Shown here one piece after another: positions 1 through 11,452 of a stretch of 64,000 bases of DNA. The stretch lies in assembly GCF_964204865.1 (NCBI RefSeq), contig NC_135260.1, positions 7,564,001-7,628,000 on the forward strand, in the 5' to 3' direction. The translations under genes and the position numbers were made by a program. Source of the DNA: Styela clava (lineage: Eukaryota). The notes below the pieces were generated by a model. It searched no databases. It saw only the letters and a program-made list of their open reading frames with translations, and was not told the DNA's origin. The stretch's first letter is position 1. The number at the start of each line of letters is the position of its first letter.

Positions 1-2835
1 ATTTCCAAAACTGTTTCGACATAAGTGGAACCATGAAATTGGGCATGCTGTTGTTGGATCAATAATGTTCTTGCTTGGTTTATCGATGGTCACGCCGGTA
101 CGTATACAAATAGCGAATATATGGCGTCAGAGTTCGGCATGCTTTCAGTGGGTCGGAGTCGGAACTGGAGTTGTATTTGCAACTCTGTGGGGATTACATA
201 CAGTGTTCCCTCTAAGGTGTGCTCGTGTGCGCGCGCACACAGCTTTCAGAGGCTGCGCACACGCATGGATTTACTGCGCACAGACGTATTTCGATGTAAT
301 GTAACGATGTGCTCGGTTGGCAGGTTGAGAAAGTTTATTGTTGGCCCACCCATTACCCGGTTAGAACGCCAAAATTTCTTCATTGGTTTTTGCACAAACA
401 TTAGTCATTTCCAAAAAAGTGCGCACACACCAAAATTTCTGCGCACACATACTACAAAAATTAGAGGGAACATTTATTACATATAAGCTGTTGATTTGTT
501 GTGCTGACGAGTACAGGATGACTGACAAGAGGTTTCAAACTCATCTGCCGACTCAGTATCAATCATCGCAGTCCGTCCCCAACGCTAATAGGGATACGTT
601 AAAAAAAAATTTTTTTTTCAATTGTTGGTTTCGAATGTTTGATAATCACTGGACAAAAACATGATTCTTAAGCTTAAATATATATAATTTATTTCGCACG
701 AAAATCATCATTAGAATTTTTAAGAAACATAATTGTTTTGTCGATGACGTCACTATATGTATCCGGAGTGAAAATTCTGAATACCTCCACGTCGGTATTT
801 TAGAAATTTTAGAGTGATAATTTAAATCATAAATTCAAAATTATATAATATTCATAAATTTCCACCAGCCAAAAGTCGGGAGCCGGTATCGAAGTCAATT
901 TCAACCCGAGTCGGAATTCGTAGTCGATTGTGTATTTTTCCCAAATTTACAGATCTGGTAATATGTCATCGTCCCAATATACACTTTTCATCTCGAAACC
1001 ACCATTCTACTAAATGTCTTGATACATTTAAACTTGTTATACAATTGCGACTGTTCAGGATGTGCAATCTAGTACATGTCTTTCGCAAGAAGCAGATATT
1101 GCGGCTGACTGAGTTATGCGATTCATTGACCGCGCCGAGTTGCTATTGGATAAAATGGACGCCGTTATTAGGTATTGGCTGCATGTGGTTCTCTATGAAG
1201 TAAACACGAAACACGGCTAGACAAGTTGAATATGTGCTAATCAAACTCTTGGGTTACTTCATTCATTTGGATATTAATTGGCTAATGCTTGTCATAGTAT
1301 ATATAATTTTTATGTAACATGTGGTGAAATTGTAACACGGTGGTTAATGTCTACCAAAAGTAAGTTAGTTAGTATATTATTAAATACAGTAGCCTATCAC
1401 AAAAATTGAATGAATAAATCTTTATGTTTCAATTGAATTCGTTTGGGGCCTTGGAAAATACCCCCATACACACAAACCCCTCCCGTGTCTTTAACTAATA
1501 CGGAATTTCATATATATATATTCAATATCTCGCATTTTGCATACAGAAACTCAGTCAGGGTGATACTAAACCTAACACTTTTGTATCGAAGACCTGTATA
1601 CTTTTAAATTTAGGGAGGAATATACATATTTCATGTTATCAATACGTACTCTGTGGCGGGATGGTGCATCTACTTTATCGTAGTTTGCGAATGTACCACA
1701 ATTGCATGGTTATATGGAGCCTCCAAATTTTGCAGAAATATTCAGAATATGGTGAGAATGAGAATACCTCGTATTTGGCTCATTCCAAGCTGGACATTTA
1801 TTGCACCGTTATCAGTATCGGTAAGTACAAATAACGCATCTTAAAGATACCGAATTCTCAGATTTTCCTTATCTAAATATGTTCATTGACTCTTTCTATC
1901 TACGTATTTCAACTATCTACTTAATATATTATTGTGAAGTGCAAATACGCGAAACATAAATAGCAACATAATTTATTTGGTTCATATTATTGAAGGTTTT
2001 GATGTTCTACTCGCTGTATCAGTTCAAGCCTTTGACTTACGACAGAACCTATATATATCCAACATGGGCAAATGTAATCGCGTGGTGCACAGCTTTCAGT
2101 TCTGTTTTATGCGTTCCGGCTATTGCCGCGAAAGTTGTTTGGAATCAAAAAGGCAAATCATTTCGCGAGGTAATCTCTTTTGTATAGTCAGTATATTAAT
2201 AAATGCCAATACATATAAAAAGCACTTAATCAAAAGGAATCCTCCTACGGATAGCTATATGCTATAAGCTTTTATGCTCTATTCGAAAACCTGTATCCCA
2301 CTGGAATTTCACCTCTTTAGCAGTAATTATGATTTTCCCCTGGTGAAACTTTCTATAAAACAGTAAATAATCATTTTAGATTAAAAACACCGGTCGTCGT
2401 CTCTGAGTCAAACTTGATTTTTAATGGCGAAAGATTTTATTTTGTCTTTTTGTGCCTTATTTGAAGTTTTGATTCGATATTTTTCATTTTTTGCTTCGAG
2501 CATACAAAAGTGAGTTCGTTTACAGGATTACTATCATATACGATAGAATTCATATATTTATCCCGGGTGAGATGAAAGCCAATAAGACGGCTTAATCATA
2601 TGGCGAACCACGGCATCTCGTCTGGTTACTAGTCCGTGGGGATTAGATAGCCAGTTATGTGTTTTCAGATGCATAGACTTAGTATCTGTTGACCTCTTTC
2701 CGACAATTTATATTCCAACATAGTTGAATACTACCAATAATAAATTATATTCATCATTTTTAGAAACTGCGCAATGCAACGACACCCCGTGAGTATCATC
2801 ATAACCGGTGTAGTCGGTGTACTGTGGATGGATAG
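1..2835 (+). CDS. SLC6 sodium/chloride-dependent transporter (GABA/taurine/creatine-like), last four exons; 5' part lies outside the window
   Basis: Exons <1-97, 1614-1820, 1996-2169 and 2764-2835 join in phase 0 across GT-AG introns: ...FLLGLSMVTP|GGIYIF...WLYGASKF..NIQNM...WTFIAP..|..YDRTYIYPTWANVIAW..SSVLCVP..SFRE|KLRNATTP..*. This matches SLC6 TM9-TM12 and the C-tail. Confidence 0.9.
201..475. mobile_element. hAT-type MITE in SLC6 intron
   Basis: Terminal inverted repeats CAGTGTTCCCTCTAA...TTAGAGGGAACATT; perfect 8-bp TSD ATTACATA (193-200 / 476-483); internal GCGCACAC motifs. Confidence 0.85.
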
Positions 2836-3169
2836 GGTAAGAAGCTTTCGTCCGCGGCCAATCAAACTCAGAGCTTCACAGATATATGAATGCAGTTCCA
2901 ATTTATAACGTATATATGTATATAGTGACATACACTGCTAGCAACACTTCAGACAGATTGAAAATAAAATAACTATTTTCAATCAATGCTTAGTTTTAGA
3001 TCGGGGCTAGAAGATTGGACGATGTAAACATGATGACAAACTCGGCATTACGCACATTCCTTATTCACTGAATAGTTGGGGTTGCAATAGAATTTCTTAT
3101 CGTGATAAAAAACATACTGCATTGAGTTCACATTGGAGGCGAATTATTCATATCAGTATGTCCTACCTT

Positions 3170-3400
3170 GGGTACTTCCGTAGTATGTGAACCAAGATGG
3201 CGGACACCGGAACGTAGTATGTGTACCGGGTTAGGGTTAGGCCCTAATTTCAGGTACAAATACTACGAGAGTCACTTGGCTAGTCCCCATCTCGTAATAG
3301 AACTAAAATAAGGAAAATTGGAATAAAATTATGGCCTAACCTGGTGCACATACCACGTTCCGATGTCCGTCATCTTGGTTCGCTTGCTACAGGAGTACCC
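3170..3400. mobile_element. Palindromic MITE family A (about 65-bp TIRs, TTAGGG-like core)
   Basis: GGGTACTTCCGTAGTATGTGAACCAAGATGGCGGACACCGGAACG... has an inverted counterpart ending GGAGTACCC; related copies occur elsewhere in the window. Confidence 0.8.
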
Positions 3401-3808
3401 TTCCTTGGCCTTAGAATAACATTATCAAGCTAGTAATGAAGTACCGAATTTATCGCAAAAATCAGGAAGTGTGAGCTGTAGCAATTGATGAACTGAACCT
3501 TATATAGCAAGTACAGGTGTTAATAATATAGAAAATCTAACTCGTCCTGTTTAGATTATTTTTTATTGGTAAAGAGCCATACGACTTCCATTTGTTTACA
3601 ACAGCAATTGAGGCGTCAGACAACATGAAATTATTATAAGTAAATCAATTTCAATAATAGTTATAAATTTATTCTTTGAGGATGTTATAAAATGACATCA
3701 ATACAAAAAAACAGTAGAGGCGACCCGGCACCAAGACTTGTACATGGCACAAAAACTTTTTGTTTCGTTCATGGAAGAACGAAATATTCCAGAGATCAAT
3801 TGCGCATG

Positions 3809-5930
3809 TCATTTTTTGTTAAAATATCTTGTGCATTCTGTTGATCCAATCTGCATTTTCTAAAAATATACATTACAAAATTAACTAAACATCCCTTTCA
3901 GACTTTAGTAGCACAATATTTGGTTTATTGTTTATGTGAAATAATACAAATAGCCACATAAAGGGCTGCTAATTCAATTAAAAAGCGAATTCATAAAATA
4001 AGAAAGGTAGTTATATCAATAATACCTGGATAAGTTGATCATTTTGTATTGTTCTCTTTATAGTAATTGCATCACCACAGCCATCTACGGACATAAATAC
4101 TCCCACCATGTCGTCGCCTTCTAAATTCCACGTACCCTGTCGAGCAAAACTTATAAATATATTCTCATAATAACGTTGATATAATTTATCTGTCTTAACA
4201 CTTTTCGGTACTCCCGAAGTATGTGAACCAAGATGGCGGACACCGGAACGTAGTATGTGTACCAGGATAGGGTTATGCCATAATTTTATTCCAATTTTCT
4301 TCAATTTAGTTCTATTACTGTATTACCAGTTTCGTGGACTAGCCAAGTGACTCCCGTTGTATTTGTAGCTGAAATTATTGCCAAACCCTAACCCGGTACA
4401 CATACTACGTTCCTGTGTCTGCCATCTTGGTTCACATACTTTGGGAATACCCACTTTTCACCAGATATTTCTATCTATAGCAATTTCAATTACTTAAAAT
4501 ATACTACAATATATTACAGTACCAGTAGTCTACCTCTTCAAAAAAGTCCCGACTTCGTTGACCACCAGATCGCTCAAATGCGATTGCGGTTGGTGCGCAA
4601 TTTTTTAACTTTGATGACGCCATCACACAAAACTTCTAAGTGGAAAATGAATCACACAGAGTCCAAAGAATATTTTGAAATAAAAGTAATAGCCTTTTAG
4701 CGACCGTAACAATCTTTAACCACTGGAAATTTTCAAAGCAATTAATTGATCCAGTAGTTAAAGAGAAGAGCGATTTTTCAAAACAACCATAAGAAGAATA
4801 CTAACAACAACAACAACGATTTTAACAAAACGATCCATAGGTCATCACGACGCATAGGTCACTCCGTGTCCAGTGCCAAGCAGTCCGGAATAGATTAAGG
4901 TACCTACTGTCGCAAAATGTAACTTGTTTGAATTCCTATCTCATCGTTCTAGATTGCTGATATAGGAAAATATAATCTAACGCGTAGACATTATAATTTG
5001 AATAAATTTACAACCACCTACCTTCATAGGCTTGCCTAGAGTAGATGATTCTTGTATTTCTTTCCCTATTTCAAATGTAACTTCCCTTGTTTTTGGACCC
5101 GTCGTTGATTTAACTATAAACTTTTGTCCGTCCGCACTCTGAATATTCAGAGTTGTTGTTAAGGTTTTTGCCATTCCCCGAGCTATCATTCCAACACCTT
5201 AAAATATTTTTATCAAGTATGGTATAGATTTAAATGCAATACTACCATTTATTTTTTCACTTAATACAATAGACTAATAGAGCAATGCTCAAATATATGG
5301 ACACGAAAGCCAAAACGAAATAGTATCAGATCGTTCACGGTACCGGTAGTCTGACTGCCTGACCGCCAGATCACTGAGACGTTATCACGGAACCACGGCA
5401 CCGATTTTTAATTTTGATGAAGTCGTTACATAAAACTTCGATTTTTCACAACAGCATAATAACAAAACGATCCATAGGTCCATTTCGTGTCCAATAATGT
5501 ACCTGGGTCACTGTTCGCCCTACGTGCATATTTAATACACAACAAAGGCAGAAAAAAATAGTTTTGAACACCTCGCTAAAAGTTTATCTTCAGCTTCTCG
5601 AGGTTTGTTAACATATTATATTTTATTTACTGGGCCTGAAATGACCGTGCGCGATTCACGAGATATCAACCAAAATATATTTGGTTTGCAAGCATTCGAC
5701 TAGAACGAACGTTGCAATTTGACTGAAATTAGAAAGAGTCGGCAAGCTCGGAAGCAACTGTTGTCATTCTGCTTCTATTTATTTGCAATGAATGTTCCTA
5801 AAATCGAGCAATTAAATTTTGTGACCACTTACAGAGAAAAATGGAGGGAGTTGTACATACCTAATTTTTTTAGAAACACGTCAAAGTTTTCATCTCTTGA
5901 GCAAACCCATTCTCCATTGAATCGACCCAT
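3809..5930 (-). CDS. Fatty acid-binding protein (iLBP/FABP family), paralog A, 135 aa
   Basis: Four exons 5930-5861, 5197-5022, 4136-4026 and 3859-3809 with GT-AG introns in the canonical FABP 1/0/0 phases: MGRFNGEWVCSRDENFDVFLKKLG|VGMIARGM...KTREVTFEIGKEI..|GTWNLEGDD..QLIQ|KMQIGSTECTRYFNKK*. The GxW...ENFD signature is present. Confidence 0.92.
4206..4452. mobile_element. MITE family A copy (FABP-A intron 2), inverted relative to the 3170 copy
   Basis: Same TIR sequence (GAAGTATGTGAACCAAGATGGCGGACACCGGAACGTAGTATGTGTACC) at both ends. Confidence 0.8.
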
Positions 5931-7066
5931 CACAAGTGTCACGTGCGCGAGATGTTGTTAACTACCAAGCTAATAAACACTACCATTAACTAAGCTACTT
6001 CAAGCGAAAAGTTAGTAAAATAAATTAAAGCATGCCAAAAAGATCAGGCTATTAACCTATGCTGAACTCGAAACCACCACTACTATTGCTGTATTGTGAA
6101 AACCAATTCCCAATCAATCTATCTAGCCGCATAGCAAAGCTTCTATGTCCATTTGGTATTATATTATAGCATACTATAGGAGTACTCTACCTATATGCCT
6201 GTCTGTAATAAAGGGGATTATTGCTCGCATTGTCTGACCACAACTAGAACGATATAATGCATTGGAAGATGTGGACGGTAGAAATAACCCGACGACTGTG
6301 CTCTCCGAGTAATAAATAAATCGAACTGTCACGCATGACTTGATCACGCGATCTCGTTTGAGCCTGAATAAAACATCGTATATATTTTCTGTCACAATTT
6401 GCTGCCAGCCGATCAAATAACCTTTGAAATTTTATTGGCAAACATTAATATGAAGACGATGCATAGGTAAGTTGAGAAAGTAGAACAACATGAATGAGGT
6501 TGTTGTCGGGAAATATTTGATTACATATATTTGAGCACCGGGGCTCAAACATCCTCGGACAAGGTTGAAGCGTGGTCCAAATTATTACAGTTGCCGAGTT
6601 GTATTCTGTACATCGTGCGTTATAGCCAGTCTATTATTAGTAAGAGAAACATGTAAATATCGTACCTAACTCATACACGCCAAAAATTGTGTGTGCGAAA
6701 TGTTATTCCGCAAGATTTAGCAAGTGGATACAAGTGAAATACTATGTCGCACAATATAAGTCGGAGTCTCGATCGATCAACGACGGACCAGTCGAATGCG
6801 ACCTCTACAAGTACCTATGCACTTGGAGGGGCTTATCTTAAACTTGCGTTGAAAGTAGTGCGTGGGTCAATTACCATGTAAGTCGTAAGTCGTCAAAAAT
6901 GTATAGCATTGGTCTACAAAATCGGTATCGACACCTTGAGTAGAAAGAGGAGGCGATTCAATTATATGTTAGTTGAATAACAAGATTAATAAGGCGAATA
7001 GCAATAACATGAATACGTGGTGTGTTTCATGCGTTGAAGAACTCTAAACATGAGATCAAGATTTTG

Positions 7067-8871
7067 TTATTTCTTCCTTTTAAAGGTTCTTTTTGACGAC
7101 TCCTTCCCAACCGTCATTATCTGCAAAGAATAATAATTGATTTCATCGGTCGACATTATCGGTAACGCCACAGTCTAATAACAATGGGCGGAATTGCTCT
7201 TGTTAGATACAATAGTAAGACGAAATAACAAAACCAGTATTTTTGATAGTTCCCTTTTTTATTTGCAATGTGCATTTCGTTATTGAGTAGCATGCCTCGT
7301 CTCAATCGTATAATCTGAAGGAATTACAACCCGGTGGCTTTTGACGCATTTATTACCTCCTTGTGGAGGAAGTTTGCGAAGTATTTTTCTAATCATCTTA
7401 CCTCAATTAGTTTATCGTCTTCATTGTATCGTTCTATAGTCATTTTCCTTTTATCTTTGTTGAAAAAAAAAGTTCCAACCATCCGTCCATTTTCAAGTTT
7501 CCATGAACCCTTCAAATATTATAACGACACCAGTAAATGTTATGAAACATTTGAAATTCCGGTGTGGTAAAATGCACCAAATCGCTTTAAAATTCTCCAA
7601 GCTACGATTTTTTTTCATTCAAATAATGTTTGCAATGAAAGCAAGTTAAGGGGTACTAGGTTATTGAACTGCAAATCATTTTCCACGTTTACTTTCTATT
7701 AGGATCCGTGTATGTTAGTCGTTGGGATCCGTATTATCAGTTAACATTAACACAAGATAAATTGAACGAAATAGTATTATAAATATAATTAGCATACCGT
7801 GAAAAGAGCTCATGCTATTCTTACAGAATGCTATGTTACAAATTTCTTACCGACATTTTCCCTCCAGTGGGCGCATCATCTTCAAACTCCACACCAAATT
7901 TCATCTGCCTCGTCTTTCGCACTGGACCTGTGACTGTTTTCAGTTCGTATTCATCGTCAGTCTTTTTCCTTATTTCAGCGTATGTTGTCAGACGCACTGC
8001 AATAGCTCGTTCAATCGCATTCACGCCTGAGAAACACGAGACAAGTAATTACATAGTTATACGGAAAGCACACTTACAATATAATAAGGAGGCTTAGGGT
8101 TGCTATTGAAGCACTTCAATATTCTGTTTCATAACGGTACCATACTAAGAGTAACAGGGGACAAAGGACGAGACATATATTATTCCACCGAACTATATAC
8201 CAAAAATTAAAGTTCCACGCATAATTTAAAAATTATTTTACACCAATTCCTACCAACAACAAAATTTACATTTGCACTGAACCAATATTTTCGTCATTCG
8301 TTACTCTTAAAATCGATGATACTTAACATTTCAATTATTTCAAATGGTTTTCTTTGCAGTTCATGGCTGGAACCGGTGAACAATAAACACAATACAATAA
8401 ATCACGACCTAACTATCGGATTTAATGGGTTCAGCAAATCAATCTAGCGCGCTGTTACCGGCACCGGCGGTTTTCGAAGTTACGCAATTACGTGCTCATT
8501 CATGCATGTTAAGACGTCTGGTACCGTATACTTGTACATAACTAGTCTGTACTTGCTGAAAATACTATTAGATTAAGCGGACTGTGTGTATAGTGTAAAT
8601 TTCCGATTCAGTATACCATGCGATTGTTCGTAGAGCAAAGATTACTTTCACAGTGTTTGGTTATAGCGTAATTCATATAACACGCAGGAGTAGCCAGCGA
8701 CGTTAAGAGAAATTCCATTTCACGCGGTATAATAACTAATTTCAATCGCCACACCCCACGACATTATATAGAATATTATTCATTGGTCTACAAAGTCTTA
8801 CCCAACTCCTTTAGCATTCCATCAAAATTCTCATTTTCTTCCAACACCCACTCTCCTACTATAGCTTCCAT
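7067..8871 (-). CDS. Fatty acid-binding protein, paralog B copy 1, 135 aa
   Basis: Exons 8871-8802, 8026-7851, 7509-7402 and 7120-7067: MEAIVGEWVLEENENFDGMLKELG|VNAIERAI..MKFGVEFEDD..|GSWKLENGRMV..DKLIE|IMTVGKESSKRTFKRKK*. Confidence 0.92.
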
Positions 8872-9546
8872 TTTAAATTACTGCTGGAAAAACGCAGTGC
8901 GATGTTCTATATTATGCTTGTTGCAATTACTGATAGCACAAAAAGCCTGAAATAGTGTTCGCAACTTACTCTATAGTTAAACAGCGGTCCAAATCTAAGT
9001 ACAAGCTAATCAAGAATGACGGAAAACCGTGATCCGCTTAGCGATATCTCGGTGAAATTAGTAAATGATTGAACGTCTGATGTCAGTATAGTCATACTTC
9101 AGTAATAACTAAGTTAAACAAAGGCGGAGAAACCTTCGTTATGCGTTTGTCGTGTTGCGATAGTAGGCCTAAAATAGCTGGATTGCGCCATAAGAAAGCA
9201 TATCTTCCTTCGTAAAACGTAGAAATACAGGCGCTGTTTGCGCCTCACTACACATCAAAACTACGCACCTAGTTTCCATGCCAGCACACGTAATTGATGC
9301 AAAGTTTGTTCGCTAATGAACAGAAGATAAAATAGCGATATCAAACCAAAACAGTATCCAGAATATTATGGACCTAAATTTTCTTTAGATATTTTAATTT
9401 AATGAAGTCTATATCGTTTGCTGCTTCGCGTGAAGTTACCATCAAACATTGATCACAAGTAGTAATTACTTTAGTATATTTTACCGACTGCCTACGGGGA
9501 AAAGTCAAATAATTCTACAAATAGCGTTGATTAGAATACTCTATGC

Positions 9547-10080
9547 CAGTGGTCGAGTATTCTTTGCCGGACCTTGTGCGTTTCTGGTTTAGATAATGTA
9601 GCGTAATATTTTCGTAACGTAACGTAAGACACACGTTATACCGGACGTCATATGAAAATGAAACTTGATCACCTGATTTTTAACATCCTGCAGTTAAATA
9701 TTGTGATAGATTAGCAAGTTAAATAAAAACGTGAGGTCAGGAATTAGGTTCGATAAGCTACAAAGTAGAGCGAATCTATAGTAGCAGCTAAGTTTGTCAC
9801 TGAAACTTGACGCTCGACAGTTTGAATATTGCAAATTATAATGAGTAGAAATTAAAATCTATTTTGAAACGGTTTAACACCATCTGCAGAATCTGACATC
9901 GGAACGATGGGCTTATAACTGTAAAAAATAAAATGCTTTTAAGCGTCAATACCGCGACTGCAGAACAGACTACATTGTTCCATAATTCCAGGGTGGATGA
10001 TTTTGCTGGCGACTGGTCGGTTCGCAACAATTTTCTGTTTTGAAATCAGTCCGCGGCACAGAGAAGGGTTGCGACCACTG
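9547..10080. mobile_element. Old hAT MITE (second copy at 19631-20164)
   Basis: Ends CAGTGGTCG...CGACCACTG; degenerate 8-bp TSD CTCTATGC / CTTTGTGC. Confidence 0.65.
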
Positions 10081-11452
10081 CTTTGTGCAAAAGAATTCCA
10101 CTTCACAAGGAAATTAAATCAAAGTTTTGCCATGAGAAACAATGTTGAATAATTTAATTCGTTCTTACGCATTACAAATTACCCAAATTATTAACAAAAC
10201 GTCTACCTAAATAAAAGTAATTAATTGAATGTGTACGTAATAAGGATCAAACATTTTAAAACTGAAAATTTAAAAAAAATTGTATCAGTCACTGTACGTT
10301 TGAGCAAATTTCTTTTGTCTCTATTGGATTCGTTTTTGTGTGTGCGATGACGTCATCAAAAATTGCGCACCTTGTGGCGGTTCCGTTTCTACCCGAGTAC
10401 CGCAGCATTTTTAATTAACTAGATTTTTTGGTCGACTACCAAGTTGATCGAATATCTTGTCGTTCGACTACTGAGGTCACACTGTATATTCTCTATCACT
10501 GAATTGTGAGTAGAGCAAAATAAAGACTATAGGCTCAAAATACTTTTGGAGCTCTGAGGCAATATATTTCAACACACATTATCCAAATCTTTAAATGTTA
10601 TCTTCAAGTGTGTTTGTATATATATATATTTCTCCCACAATAATGATGTTATTTGAAGTTTTCCTAATGCTAGCATGGCAAACCTTATAGGGGCTAACTG
10701 GCTCATTAGCGCAAATTTGAATATAAAATCACGTGACCTAGGTTTAGAATGTCGGTTGGGGTTTTATTTTGAAGTTTCTTCGATTACCTACCTGACAATA
10801 CCAGATCAAGCTTGATACGACAATTGAAAGCCAAAAAATAACGGCTTTATGTGAACACGATGACGCACAACCTTACAATTTTCACAGGTTGTGTGACATC
10901 TTTTAGCACATTCTTCAGGAGTACCAAAATAACAAAAAAAATGTTCTCGCGTGATTCATGCTTATGTTATTGTTACATAAAATACAAAACTAATTTCTAC
11001 GACTTCAAAAATAATGGACTTCGCGCCATACAACGACCTACTTTTGACATCTGGACGTGATAAAACGACGACACATGCTTTGCATGGACCGCATTACATC
11101 GTCTCAGCATGACGCTCTACCGATTGACATATATACGGCAAAAGGCACTATCTAGCGCGACTGACGGAAATGTGGCTCTATGCCGTGAATGCCCTTACAT
11201 GATTCATGTTCGTTCTATTGTTGCATGAACATGGAAACTAATTCTCTATGACCTCAAAATAAACAATGGCCTACATATGACATCAGAAAGTGATGAAGCG
11301 AAGACATTACACTCAGCAAGACACTATTGATTGACGACACATTTAGCTTTAGTAAAACAGCGGGTGCTCATCTCGTAAAAAGCAGAGCATTGTTTACGAG
11401 TCAAGATAAAATGATGAGAAACTTATAACAAAGTATTACATTACTTGCAACG

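Noticed and set aside
4530-5496. Dispersed repeat with GGACACG/CGTGTCC motifs (relatives near 10330 and 54070-54455)
   Set aside because: Clearly repetitive, but boundaries and class could not be fixed by eye, so it is not listed as a defined element.
6174-6441. ORF segment GWQQIVTENIYDVL resembling an FABP exon 1
   Set aside because: No start codon or donor in the right place; the true FABP-A exon 1 is at 5930-5861.
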